Assembly (NCBI GenBank): GCA_050273025.1
Contig: CP158635.1
Location: 6,572,001 to 6,636,000, forward strand
Direction of reading: 5' to 3'
DNA from: Cenococcum geophilum
Taxonomy: Eukaryota
DNA length: 64,000 bases
Shown here: piece by piece, positions 54,648 to 64,000 of the stretch
How positions within the stretch are numbered: the first letter of the stretch is position 1
Layout: each line of letters starts with the position of its first letter
Notes under the pieces: model-generated
Databases searched by the model: none
What the model was told of the DNA's origin: nothing
Seen by the model: the letters and a program-made list of their open reading frames with translations, nothing else
Made by a program: the position numbers and the translations under genes

Positions 54648-57600
54648 AATGGTTAAATACGTAGTGTCTTAGTGCTTTAGTAGCTGCTAGTTGCCTATAC
54701 GCAGAAGCTAGCTTAAAAGCGACTACTGTTAATAGGAACGCTAAAAATAGCTTTATAGGAGATCGGCGTTTTTAAGAGCGGGACAGGGCAAAAAAATCCC
54801 ATAGGTAGAAACCTAGAAATTGAGTATTAGAAGTGAACGATATAATAATAGGGGAAAATGCATACGTAGCTACTGTAGGAAAAGGGTTAAAGGAGTATAG
54901 TGTAGAAGGGAGGTTTTGTTATATAAGGGTAGTGCTTTTAGCAGAGGATAAGGATAAAGGTAGGCGGTAAACGTCTATAGCTTCTTAAATAATATTAGCC
55001 GCTAAGGGATATTTAGGGAGCTTTAAGAGGTACGTTATAGGGTTATATACGCGATTCTAGGTTTAGTGGGTAAGTAAGGGAGACCCTACCGTCCTTGGCA
55101 TACTTAGTATATTATAAAAGCGGTGACAAATATAGGTCTAAGTGAGGAGAAACTGCCTCCTAAAATAGGGGGGAGGAACCTCTAAATCCGGCTGCGTTTT
55201 CCCTAATAATAAGATTCTAGTAGGTATATATAATAATAATAATTCATTGCTTAACGTCCGATTCGGATCCCTATTGGGCCTACGCGGACTACTCCTTATT
55301 TATATATAGGGAGAAAACTTAACTTAAGAAAGACTTAACTTGAGAAAACCCCGTAATCTATCTCCCCGCCTTTTAAGACTCGCCTATAAGGCGCCTGCGA
55401 GGCGCCTGCGAGTCACCTATAGTGCTCCTACTACCTTACTTTTTAACCTCCTTAGGAACCACTGCTGCCGTAACAAGCCTACGGACGCGCTAGTATCGCA
55501 AACTTTACTCTACTACTATAGAGTCATTAGGGGGCGCCCGTTGCTCGCCCCCCTACCCTCTATTACTATTTCCCTTGCAACCTAGAACTGGTTTAGTATA
55601 TTTTAGCTAATAAGCCACTAGATAACCGCCTTAAGGCCTTTTTATATTAAGAGTAGTATATTATAGTTCTCTATACTAGCTACTAAAAGCATTACTTTTT
55701 AGTTAGTGTATAAGGGGCATAACAGTATTACATATTTTAGTGTCTATCTTAGCCAGCTATATTCGTATCTTAGGTTACCTACTAAGACACCTACCCAGTA
55801 GAGCTAGTCTTTTAGTCCTATTATTCCTATTCTTAAAAGTATCACTATTATATTTTCTGCCTTCGTTAGGCCTTCTTAGAGCCCTAGAGTGTTTACCCCC
55901 TATAGCGTTAACTATGCTACGGCTTAGGTTTCTCTTGCCTTAGTTAGCCTCTATACCTTTAACTCCTATACACCTCTTTAGCGTTAGTTTAACTAGTATT
56001 ATATTACAGTAGATAGTTTCCTAGCGTTCTTTCGTACTCTACTTTAGCTCCTTTCTCTCTCTTACTATTATCTTTACTGGCCTCTTATGCGTCTTTCTTC
56101 CTCCTCTATATAGGCCTAGGCCCTAAAGTAGCACTATTCTTCTTCTGCTTTCTTTACCTATTTCTCTAATATATCTTCCCTACTTTAGGGTTGTTAGTTT
56201 ATTCTCCTATAGGGCGCCCTAGGGTCCCTCTATAGTTTATTTAGGCGTGTCTTAATATACTTTATAATATTAGAGTTACGTTTATTTTAGGCCCTTTATA
56301 TTACAGCGGCTTTAATATATAGTTATAGGGGGGGAATATTGGCTTCCTTCTTAAGCAGTGCTGTGGCCGTTCGTTTATATCCGCCTATTATACTCTAAAG
56401 GCAGGCTATTTAGACCTTTTAGAGTAGTTTAAGGAGTGACTTAAGGGGGCCTTTCTTAGATTCTCTAATGGCCTAAATACTAGACCTATACGTCATGGTT
56501 AGCCAGACGGCTGCTATATATAGTAGACGTAACCTCTAGAAGCATGGGCCTTATATAGAGTTAACAATCCTAAATAATATAATATACTATACTTAGCCCT
56601 TATAGGCTGCTTGCGCCGTATATACGCTCTACTAGAGCTTACTATCTACCTATACTCCTAATACTCTTAGGCCCTAAACTAGTTAACCCCTAAAGCCTTA
56701 GATACGAATTATATACTAGAAATCTATAGATTGGTTGCGTTTTCTTATAAAATAGATTAGCTGGTATTTCTTTGGTAAGAATTAAACTCTATATTATCTT
56801 GCCCATTCTATATAGGTATTATATACTTTCTCTAGTGTTTTGCAATTCTCTGCGGCTATTAGCCCGTATATAATTAGGTTTATATTATCGACAAAGCCTA
56901 TCCCTTAGGTTGCCCCTTTTTTAAAGGAGTTAAGCAGGTTGCTTATAAAGAAAAGGAAGAGTATAGGCAAGAGGGGTGATTCTTATAGTATTCCTGTTGC
57001 AACTGCGATAGGGGGGCTTTGGTATCCGCTAAAGACTAGTAATATTTCTTTTTATAGGTAGTTATATATTAGCTAGTAATATAGTAGAGTTTAATATACC
57101 TGCTTATTTAAGCCTCTACCCTAGTTTTCTAGTGCTTTAGTCCTAGTCTGTAAGCAGTTAGCTGCTACCACTACTTATATAGGGAATTTCACCATTCTTT
57201 TGGATATTTTATAACGGGTTATTAGCCTAAGTACTAGTCTACCCCCTAGCAGTCTGTATAAGAGTCTCCTCCCAAAGTTAGTACGCTTTTGTATAGCTTG
57301 GGAGCCTTCCATAGCCTTTAGTTTTACGCCTTTTCTATTATTTCCGCTGGCATAGGTATAAGCTACTATTTCTAGGGGTCGCAACTCCCGTTTTACGCGC
57401 CTACTAGCGTAATCCTATAAAGGCGTTATAGCTATATCCTATAATATAGACTTAGGCGCACTTTCTATAGTTAGGCCTAGCCAAAACCTTCCTGCCTAAG
57501 TAACTCCTATTTACTTCTTAAGTATATCTTACTAGCGTACCGCCCTAGAGACGGATGGTTCTGTCTATTAATATACTAACACGTATATCCGTTCTCTTAA

Positions 57601-57964
57601 GCCACGTAATAGTTTCTTTAGCTAGGACGTAATTCTATCTACCTACTAGGTATACTAAGGGTTAGAGCCTAGCTAAGGGGTAAGGTCCTTAGAGCTAGCA
57701 GTAGCTACTACGCACTACGCCCCACAAGAGGTTCCCGTTTTACGTTACCTATAAGAGTTTCCTTATAATAGGCCGACCGTATTTTATAAGAGAGGGGCCG
57801 TAGAGACACTAAGTCCCGCACTAGATAACCTACTTCCCTCTCTCCTACTAACTAAGCTTATATCCCCCCCTTTTATAAGCTAGCCTATATCTCTAACTAT
57901 TAAGACCTTATCCAACTGGCCTGTGTTTCCCCTATAGCCTCCCCTATATATATATATTAAGTTA

Positions 57965-58400
57965 TATACACTACGCCTATTAAGACCCTTCTATGAGTCG
58001 CCTTATATATATGCGCATTAGGTTGCGTACACCACGCCTATTAAGACCCTCCTATGAGTTACCTATAAGTCGACTAAGTTGTACGCCATAGGGCCGTCGA
58101 AGCTAGCCTGTGTTTCCGCTACCTAGAGCTTTACCCGTATTTCCACCTCGTTAAGCCATCTAGTCGCCGTCACATCGCTATTGTGTTACTATTGCGTCGC
58201 TGTCGTCCAGGTCGCGCGCACTATGCCTATTAAGACCCTCTTTTAAGTCACCTAGGTGTACTAGATACTAGATAGGCCCTTATAGAGGGGCCTTAATAAG
58301 TTCTCTAGGTAGGGCCTTAATAAGTTCTTTGCGGTGGCCTTAGGGCCTTAATAAGTTTTATATAAAGTATCTGCGACGCGTTAACCTTAATAAGTTCTTA
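57965..58400 (-). repeat. Short dispersed repeats in the LINE 5'/ORF1 region
   Basis: (C/T)GCCTATTAAGACCCT occurs three times (~57975, 58035, 58225) and CCTTAATAAGTT four times (~58281-58396); on the minus strand they read like peptide repeats (EGLNRR, ELIKA). Confidence 0.65.
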
Positions 58401-58733
58401 TAAAAAAGGTTCCCTACGCCCTCGCCGTATCCTCTCGGTCTTAGAGCTAGTGTAAGCCTAAGGGTGTCCTATCGTACGCCTAGGGCGCGTCTACGTTAAC
58501 TGGCTAAATAAGGCTAGTTTCGGGCCTGGCTGCGAGCCAGGTAGTTATACGTTAGGCGGTTTTCGTATCCCAGTTTCCCTTAATAGCCCCCCTAGATAGT
58601 ATGGCAGGAGCCCTAAGTAAGGGCAGTAGGACTCCTGGTGTTATTAAGGGCGATATACGCGTTACAGGCTTAACACCACAGAGTCGCAACACCAGCGCGC
58701 TGCGCGCGCTGCGACGGCTCTCCTCCATCGCCT

Positions 58734-58818
58734 CTGCACTTAGCCATCATAGGGAATAATTTCCCGATGATGTTTCCACCCGCGGCGACGTGGACGCGTG
58801 CAGTAGGGCTTCGCGGGC
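58734..58818 (-). ncRNA. HDV-like self-cleaving ribozyme, apparently intact (85 nt)
   Basis: Minus strand: P1 GCCCGCG / J1/2 AAGCCCTA / P2 CTGCAC / P3 GCG / L3 TCCACGT / P3' CGC / P1' CGCGGGT (G1-U wobble) / P1.1 GG (pairs CC of L3) / AAA / P4 CATCATCGGGAA-ATTA-TTCCCTATGATG / J4/2 GCTAA / P2' GTGCAG. Confidence 0.92.
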
Positions 58819-59136
58819 TAGTAGGTATATATATATATACATCTTTATATCTATATCTCTGTATATATACGTAATATATACTCTAAATATTTTAGTTTAT
58901 ATGGTTGCTTAAGTTAAATATAGCTACCGATGCGCGTTCTGTATAGGTAAAGGTTAAGTACCGCCGACCCTTTTCCGGCGTTCCATCGGCAACCACGCTC
59001 AGCTTTCGCCGACCCACATCGGCGACCATGTTCAACTTTTTCCGGACCACGCTCAGCTGTACCCCGTCTCGCTTCCTGGGGTCCCACGTTAAGGCAGACC
59101 TGACCGCCTGCAGAATGGACAGCAGTTGAACCTAAC

Positions 59137-61488
59137 ATGGCACGCAGTCTTACTGCGCACGACTTGGACCTCAAGGCGACTTTTGATACCTACAAATCAC
59201 TTGCTGAACAGAAATGCGATAGATTGGCCGAGCAATACCTCTTGTCCTCCCTCCGTATAATTCTTGGCAGTTACCTGAATTACCACAATGGCAGGCTTGA
59301 GCCGCTTCTCTCGTCAAAGAGGACGCAGTATCTAGCCGGCATGCTTTATACACATTTTGGGCACCTAAAGGAAGACCTTCTTGAGGAACTCTTTCGAAGG
59401 GGAAGCGTATTTGATCCTCTTGCGCTCGCTACGATTGCGGACAGCGATCTGGAGCGATCAGTCGCCAAGAGATGGCTAGCTGTATTGGAGGAAGAAGACT
59501 TCAATGCGCTACTCGTCGACTTCGTCTACGAACTGGAGAGAAGATCCTATTGGACACACCGGGGGCATGTTGGCGAGATTTCTCATCTATCATCAATCAC
59601 AAGCGAACGAATAATGCAGGTTTCGGCTTCTACATCGGCTGGAGGCACCTATAGTATCAGAATGGTCCTCCCAAATCGTCTGCATAGCAAATTTTCAGGG
59701 TCAGCATTTGATACATCTTTGGCAAAAAGGCTCATACGACGAGCACTCTCAACTAGCTTCCGGCCAGCCAAACGTGACATCAATAACGGTGGAACAACAT
59801 TACGTAGGGTGGGGTTGGGGGGAGAGCCTATGCCTAAAAATTACCAACCTGCGGGAATGCTGAGAACAGTACATGAAGATTCCGAAGTCGATCAAAGGAG
59901 CCCTGGGTGTACCCCGACAACACCCAAAGCACAAGATTTCAGCATCATCCATTCGGACACTAAATTTGCTGGGCTTATGAAAGTAGGATCTGATTATGGT
60001 GATGATTTGTCTCAAACAAATACATTAGCACTCGAGTCACACAACTTAAACGGGGCTCAAGATTCGTGTGATCTTTCCTTTATATCCAGTGCCGACTGGG
60101 CCTACGTCAACACACCTACCGGGAACAATAGCACATCTACGCTAAGTAACTCTTCGACATTCCTCACTGCTAGGTCAAGTGTAGCAAGGGGCTCTCTGAC
60201 TCCTTTGGAAGTGGGTTACGGTAACAACACCAACAGAATTAGCACCGCTTCCAGTTATCTTTCTGCGCTATGTGGTACGGAGGAGTCCAATCAGCAAATC
60301 ACGAGCGAGTACCACCGATTATTGGAAGAAAGGAACCTCATTGTTGATCCTCTAATGGAGACCAACTGGTCAGAACGCGGTCAACACGCCGAATACGCAG
60401 CATATGAAAGAGGGGCAATCCCTCTTACTGTCGAGAAGCTACTTGGAAAGACTCAAGGTGCAGTCGTCGAGAGCGTTCGATGTAGACGTATACGCCTTGC
60501 ACGAAAGACAATCAAGTGCTATAAAAGGCCTGGCATGGCACGCAAAGATGCCATTCGAGAGGTGGAGCACCTTCAACGTGTTAAACACGCACACGTTGTA
60601 CGGGTAGTTGGAACCTACGTGATCGAGAACGAATTGGCTATCTTGACGTACCCAGTTGCTGAATGGAACTTGGAAGATTTCATGCAGTCAATATTCGAGG
60701 ACTGCGTGGACTCGATGCTCAAAGCTCCGTACTTGGAGCGATTCATTACCTGCCTGGCTTCAACTCTCAATTATCTACACTCCTTCCCGATCAAGCACAT
60801 GGACATCAAGCCTACGAATTTTCTAGTTAGGAATGTCCAGAACAGTACTGTCAACGAGCACGATCTGTACAAGATTTACATTACGGATTTCGGCATCTCT
60901 CGAGCATACGAATCTCTCGAAGACAGCGAAACTGGGAGCTGGACATCTTACACAAGAGCCTATGCAGCACGGGAGGTGATACTACAAGAATTCAGAGGTC
61001 TAAGCGCAGATGTCTTCTCGCTAGGCTGCGTCTATGCTGAAATATTAGCGGTCATTGCAGACGCTAAAGCACCTGATCTAACCTCGAGAACTTACTGGGA
61101 TAGCCTGCATGCTTGTCGAGAATGTCCGGAGATTGGGTTTCGCGCTTATCAGGCAGCTGTCCCGGATATATGTGAATGGCTGGCAGCACTTCCTCTTGAG
61201 CAACCCGAACTCGACTCGGCAAGAAATTGGAGTGTGAAGATGCTCGATCATGATCCCTCAAAGAGACCCTCTGCCAACGAAGTTGCGAATGACCCATCCC
61301 TCCCTTTTGGGTGTCCTGGATGCAAGAGCGGACCAGAGGCCTTCGAAGTTGCACCACCGTTGAACAATGAAACTAACATCTCCGTAACCACCGGATCTGC
61401 CAAAGATCAGGCCTCATCCGTGTCAGCGCCTTCTATGCCTAAAACACTCAAAGGCTTGATGGCCAATGACATTTTACTACCCGGTTGA
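59137..61488 (+). CDS. Ser/Thr protein kinase-domain protein (783 aa, C-terminal non-RD kinase domain)
   Basis: Uninterrupted ORF with normal dinucleotide composition; motifs LARK, REVEHL, HMDIKPTN, DFG, YAARE, DVFSLG. Confidence 0.9.
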   Translation: MARSLTAHDLDLKATFDTYKSLAEQKCDRLAEQYLLSSLRIILGSYLNYHNGRLEPLLSSKRTQYLAGMLYTHFGHLKEDLLEELFRRGSVFDPLALATIADSDLERSVAKRWLAVLEEEDFNALLVDFVYELERRSYWTHRGHVGEISHLSSITSERIMQVSASTSAGGTYSIRMVLPNRLHSKFSGSAFDTSLAKRLIRRALSTSFRPAKRDINNGGTTLRRVGLGGEPMPKNYQPAGMLRTVHEDSEVDQRSPGCTPTTPKAQDFSIIHSDTKFAGLMKVGSDYGDDLSQTNTLALESHNLNGAQDSCDLSFISSADWAYVNTPTGNNSTSTLSNSSTFLTARSSVARGSLTPLEVGYGNNTNRISTASSYLSALCGTEESNQQITSEYHRLLEERNLIVDPLMETNWSERGQHAEYAAYERGAIPLTVEKLLGKTQGAVVESVRCRRIRLARKTIKCYKRPGMARKDAIREVEHLQRVKHAHVVRVVGTYVIENELAILTYPVAEWNLEDFMQSIFEDCVDSMLKAPYLERFITCLASTLNYLHSFPIKHMDIKPTNFLVRNVQNSTVNEHDLYKIYITDFGISRAYESLEDSETGSWTSYTRAYAAREVILQEFRGLSADVFSLGCVYAEILAVIADAKAPDLTSRTYWDSLHACRECPEIGFRAYQAAVPDICEWLAALPLEQPELDSARNWSVKMLDHDPSKRPSANEVANDPSLPFGCPGCKSGPEAFEVAPPLNNETNISVTTGSAKDQASSVSAPSMPKTLKGLMANDILLPG

Positions 61489-62799
61489 AAGCCTTGTCTA
61501 CACTCTTCAGACCAAGAAATGTTACAGTCCGAAGGACCATAAAGTCACCACTGTCATTGCAAATGAGGTTGCACCTAGTTGAAGGCGAAGCCACAAGCCT
61601 ACAGCATGTGGACGGGTCAAACACCCGCTTTCTAGAACTTAAGAAACGACAGCTTCAAAGCTATCAGCTCGCCTCTCAAGCTCCTAGGCCACCAGAGCCC
61701 CACTTAGTTTAAATTTAGCACCTGCAAATTCAAGTTGTGGAATATCTTCGGCGGCCTGCAATACCGGTATTCTTGAATCGGGCTTGTATATCATGTTAGA
61801 ATCAGAGCACAATTACGCAGGCCTGCTAATGAAGTTAAATACGACGCGTGGCCTTGACATAAGAACCTTAATTAATATAGTCTAAATTCGTTACTATATT
61901 AGGAAAAGGTTCGTCAAGAGATTCTCCAATACTAAAGTAGGCATTGACCTTAACCAAGAATAATTTCGCTCCACCTACTATGAGAAAACGCAGCTCTAAA
62001 GACCTTGCATAAAGCAACACGGCCCCGAATTCCCTTTGCTTCGAGGAACGCAATTAACAATACAAAATACGGATCCCACTCGAACTCTTCTCTCTCCTTG
62101 GAGATGTAGTACGTCCATACAGAACATTCCTCAGGAGTAAAGCCATTGAGCTTCGGTTGCATCCCAAACCTCATTAGCTTAACTCAACACTTTATCAAGC
62201 GATATCAAGTTGAGCAGTAGACTCTTGCCGAAATATCAAATGTGAGAACGCGGTCCGGTCGCCGAGGATGGCAGGCTGGCAAATTTTCGTGCCATTCATG
62301 CTGGACTTGTGACTCAGTAGGGGTAAGCTAAGGTTCCTGAAGAGCATTTACAGTGCTTTCTCACAGGTAATGCCGAAGGGCTGCACGGATGGTTGACTTT
62401 GGCAACGCAGAGCTGCCTGGTAAACTGGTGCGCTGCCTCTTTGGGTTTAGCGGGATCTTTCCTCCCATATCGAGCTGTTGTCACATGAATGGTGCTTTGA
62501 TTAACATTTGGTTGCTGAACTACTCATGGCCCGCGTTCTACATCATGCTCAGCTTATTCCACTCTATTTGGACGCTCGGAATGGAGGACATCGATAAGGC
62601 CGCTGAAATGATGCAGCGGATAGAAGGCTGAAGCGGTCTGGAGTACGCCACTAATTATCTCTATGCGCCACACAGGGAGCTTGGACTCTAGAGAACCTTC
62701 TTGATAACTGTGTATGCTCCCCTTTTCCCAACATCGAGCAACTTCACAAGTTCACATTAACAGAAATTCCGAACCTCGAGCGGCTTTCTTCAAGTACAA

Positions 62800-64000
62800 T
62801 CCGCGGCACCTTTTATCTACTAGGCAGGCGCAACTTTATTTACTTTATCGAGCTATATATTATCTCCTACCCTTCGCCGCTTAAAGACGCAGCACCATAG
62901 CCTACCAAACTTATACTCTTTACTCTCGCGGGTATATTCAAATTTATAGCCATCCATATATATACAGACTTACTTAATAGTGCATAGCGTATCGTACCTA
63001 CAGTTTTTATCAGGTTAATCCATAGTTAGAATACTCCTAATAAATACAGTATTAAGAACGCTCTTATAGGTCCTAATGCTAATAGGGTCTACAACTCTCT
63101 GGTATACCTTCTCTTATTACTATCCTTTATCCTTTAAGCACCATCCTACTTTCGCCGACGCTTTATTAACGGAAAGCACCCTAGTCTCCTTTCTATAATT
63201 ATTTAGCTAAATCCGGCACTCTTCTAGTATATCTTTACAACAACCTTACCATAGATTCTTAAGCCCAATTCGGCTAAAATGCGGTTACTCCCGCTGTTTT
63301 AGTATATAATGTCGCCTAGAATAGCAATCCCTCCCCTAGGTTTGTCTATAATCCTCTAGCCCAGCCGCACTATAAAGGAGATTAAGTAAATAAAGAGTAG
63401 AAGCGGCTAGGAACTTAATCTATTTAATTTATATAACAACTATAGAGCGACTAATCTTAAGAATGCCTAGGATACTTATTCCAATTGCACTCTAGATTTA
63501 GAGTTGGGCGACTTTTTAGTTAGGTCGGAACTCTAAAAGCATCTTACGATAATATTATACGCATTTTTGGTTCCTAGGGAATTATTACCAAAAGCTAGAT
63601 TCGTACCAATCCAGAATTTTTAGCAACTTTTTTGCTATAGGGTTAGCTATTACTACTAGGTTTATTTAAGTTATTACTAGCCAAGAGGTGTTAAAGCACT
63701 CTAGAAATAGCCAGCCACTCTACAACACTAGAGGTTTATTAGTATTAACGGCAGAAGGCATCCGCCTTCTCTATATCCTACCATTATAATTAGAATCGGA
63801 TCTAATATAATACGCATTAAAATAGTATAAATTCACTTTATTGCCTAATTATAAAGCAATCTTATATAACTAGGGCTCTCTAACGCTTTTATACACGATC
63901 TTAGTAAACAATAAACAGCTAGAGGTCCCCTAGAGTACCTATAATATTCTCGTTTAGGCTTAATTATTATAGTTAAGGCAAGTAGTCTAGATAGACGCTA
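62800..64000. other. Start of a second RIP-mutated AT-rich block, identity unresolved
   Basis: Return of TpA excess and stop-rich frames; no motif recognised. Confidence 0.55.

Larger units (their letters stand above)
55233..58818 (-). mobile_element. Tad1-like LINE, RIP-degenerate and probably internally deleted, both termini intact
   Basis: 15-bp TSD TAGTAGGTATATATA (55218-55232, 58819-58833); (TAT)n tail; RT motifs TGIL*ESPLLPILFLFF (from GIPQGSPLSP, ~56947-56997) and GFVDNI (~56881-56898); C-terminal CCHC relic RYEYSWLR*TLKYVILLCP (~55713-55770). Confidence 0.9.

Noticed and set aside
7319..57384. Short 60-85 aa ORFs from the ORF track within the RIP block
   Set aside because: They are chance, antisense or fragmentary frames over RIPed elements and a solo LTR; 34371-34607 is only a stop-free piece of the FunK1 pseudogene.
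57965..58400. CRISPR-like array or hammerhead ribozyme repeats
   Set aside because: Eukaryotic context, irregular spacing, no CUGAUGA…GAAA core with supporting stems; the repeats read as peptide repeats of LINE ORF1.
58914..62631. Small ORFs overlapping or downstream of the kinase
   Set aside because: Alternative-frame or antisense ORFs, or short ORFs with no recognisable motif.

Overview
Fungal (filamentous ascomycete-type) genomic DNA. About 1-58,900 and about 62,800-64,000 are AT-rich, TpA-rich, CpA/TpG-poor and full of stop codons, the signature of repeat-induced point mutation (RIP). The RIP block reads as a decayed Starship-like giant element: a DUF3435-type tyrosine recombinase 'captain' pseudogene (minus strand, 46131-54647) near the right edge, with BTB, FunK1-kinase, Myb/SANT and unidentified pseudogenes to its left. 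Nested inside are three Ty3/Gypsy elements, two full-length Ty1/Copia elements, a solo LTR, one intact un-RIPed Tc1/mariner, and three related non-LTR retroelements. The most striking structure is in those three: a 3.6-kb Tad1-like LINE (55233-58818, minus) and two ~1-kb non-coding SINE-like elements (425-1435 plus; 4166-5184 minus). Each begins with an HDV-like double-pseudoknot ribozyme fold whose predicted cleavage-site G is exactly the first base after the target-site duplication. The LINE copy of the fold is essentially intact. The only intact host-type gene is a Ser/Thr kinase (59137-61488). Pseudogene calls come from manual translation with mental RIP reversal, so their boundaries are approximate.
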